From Phyllobates terribilis (Eukaryota): DNA of 64,000 nucleotides. The notes under the pieces are model-generated. The model saw nothing but the letters and a program-made list of their open reading frames with translations. It ran no database searches and had not been told where the DNA came from. Made by a program: the position numbers and the translations under genes. This document shows, piece by piece, positions 63,601-64,000 of this stretch. The DNA lies in NCBI RefSeq assembly GCF_046119375.1, contig NW_027362773.1, positions 162,130,001-162,194,000 of the forward strand. Reading direction: 5' to 3'. Position 1 is the first letter of the stretch; every line of letters begins with the position of its first letter.

Positions 63601-64000
63601 TATAAATCTGTATGTAGTGAGCTCCCCCTAGTGGTGGCTGTATAAATCTGTATGTACTGAGCTCCCTCTAGTGGTGACTGTATAAATCTGTATGTAGTGA
63701 GCTCCCCCTAGTGGTGACTGTATAAATCTGTATGTAGGGAGCTCCCTCTAGTGGTGACTGTATAAATCTGTATGTAGGGAGCTCCCTCTAGTAGTGACTG
63801 TATAAATCTCTATGTAGTGAGCTCCCCCTAGTGTTGGCTGTATAAATCTCTATGTAGTGAACTCCCCCTAGTGTTGGCTGTATAAATCTGTATGTAGTGA
63901 GCTCCCCCTAGTGGTGGCTGTATAAATCTGTTTGTAGTGAGCTCCCCCTAGTGGTGGCTGTATAAATCTATAGCCAGTGAGCTCCCTCTAGTGGTGGCTG
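57700..64000. repeat. 40-bp satellite, ~155 copies, runs off the window end
   Basis: gtagtgagctcccYctagtggtgRctgtataaatctgtat. Confidence 0.97.

Overview
Vertebrate genomic DNA, most likely a frog (inferred from T2/Harbinger-type MITEs, Tc1 elements, an L2 LINE and the satellite style). Four conserved genes can be reconstructed with canonical GT-AG junctions and consistent reading phase, in the same order as human 11p11.2: PTPMT1 (+, 4 coding exons, 189 aa), KBTBD4 (-, 3 coding exons, 524 aa, plus a probable non-coding exon 1), NDUFS3 (+, 7 exons, 255 aa, head-to-head with KBTBD4) and C1QTNF4 (-, one coding exon, 367 aa, two C1q domains). About half the window (~32 kb by summing my array boundaries) is tandem repeat, and all of the very long ORFs in the supplied track are repeat artefacts. 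There are also three Tc1/mariner copies, a 5'-truncated L2-type LINE and many MITEs. Main findings that the ORF track does not show: (1) a spliced, decayed gene for a P2X7 C-terminal (ballast)-like Cys/Zn domain with a very acidic N-terminal region, nested in KBTBD4's last intron; (2) a type I hammerhead ribozyme motif on the sense strand of the same intron; (3) two complementary satellite arrays bracketing NDUFS3 exon 3; (4) a >6 kb array of CTCF-like motifs; (5) a 246-bp templated copy of the C1QTNF4 3' end inside a minisatellite. All calls come from reading the sequence by eye; no searches were run.
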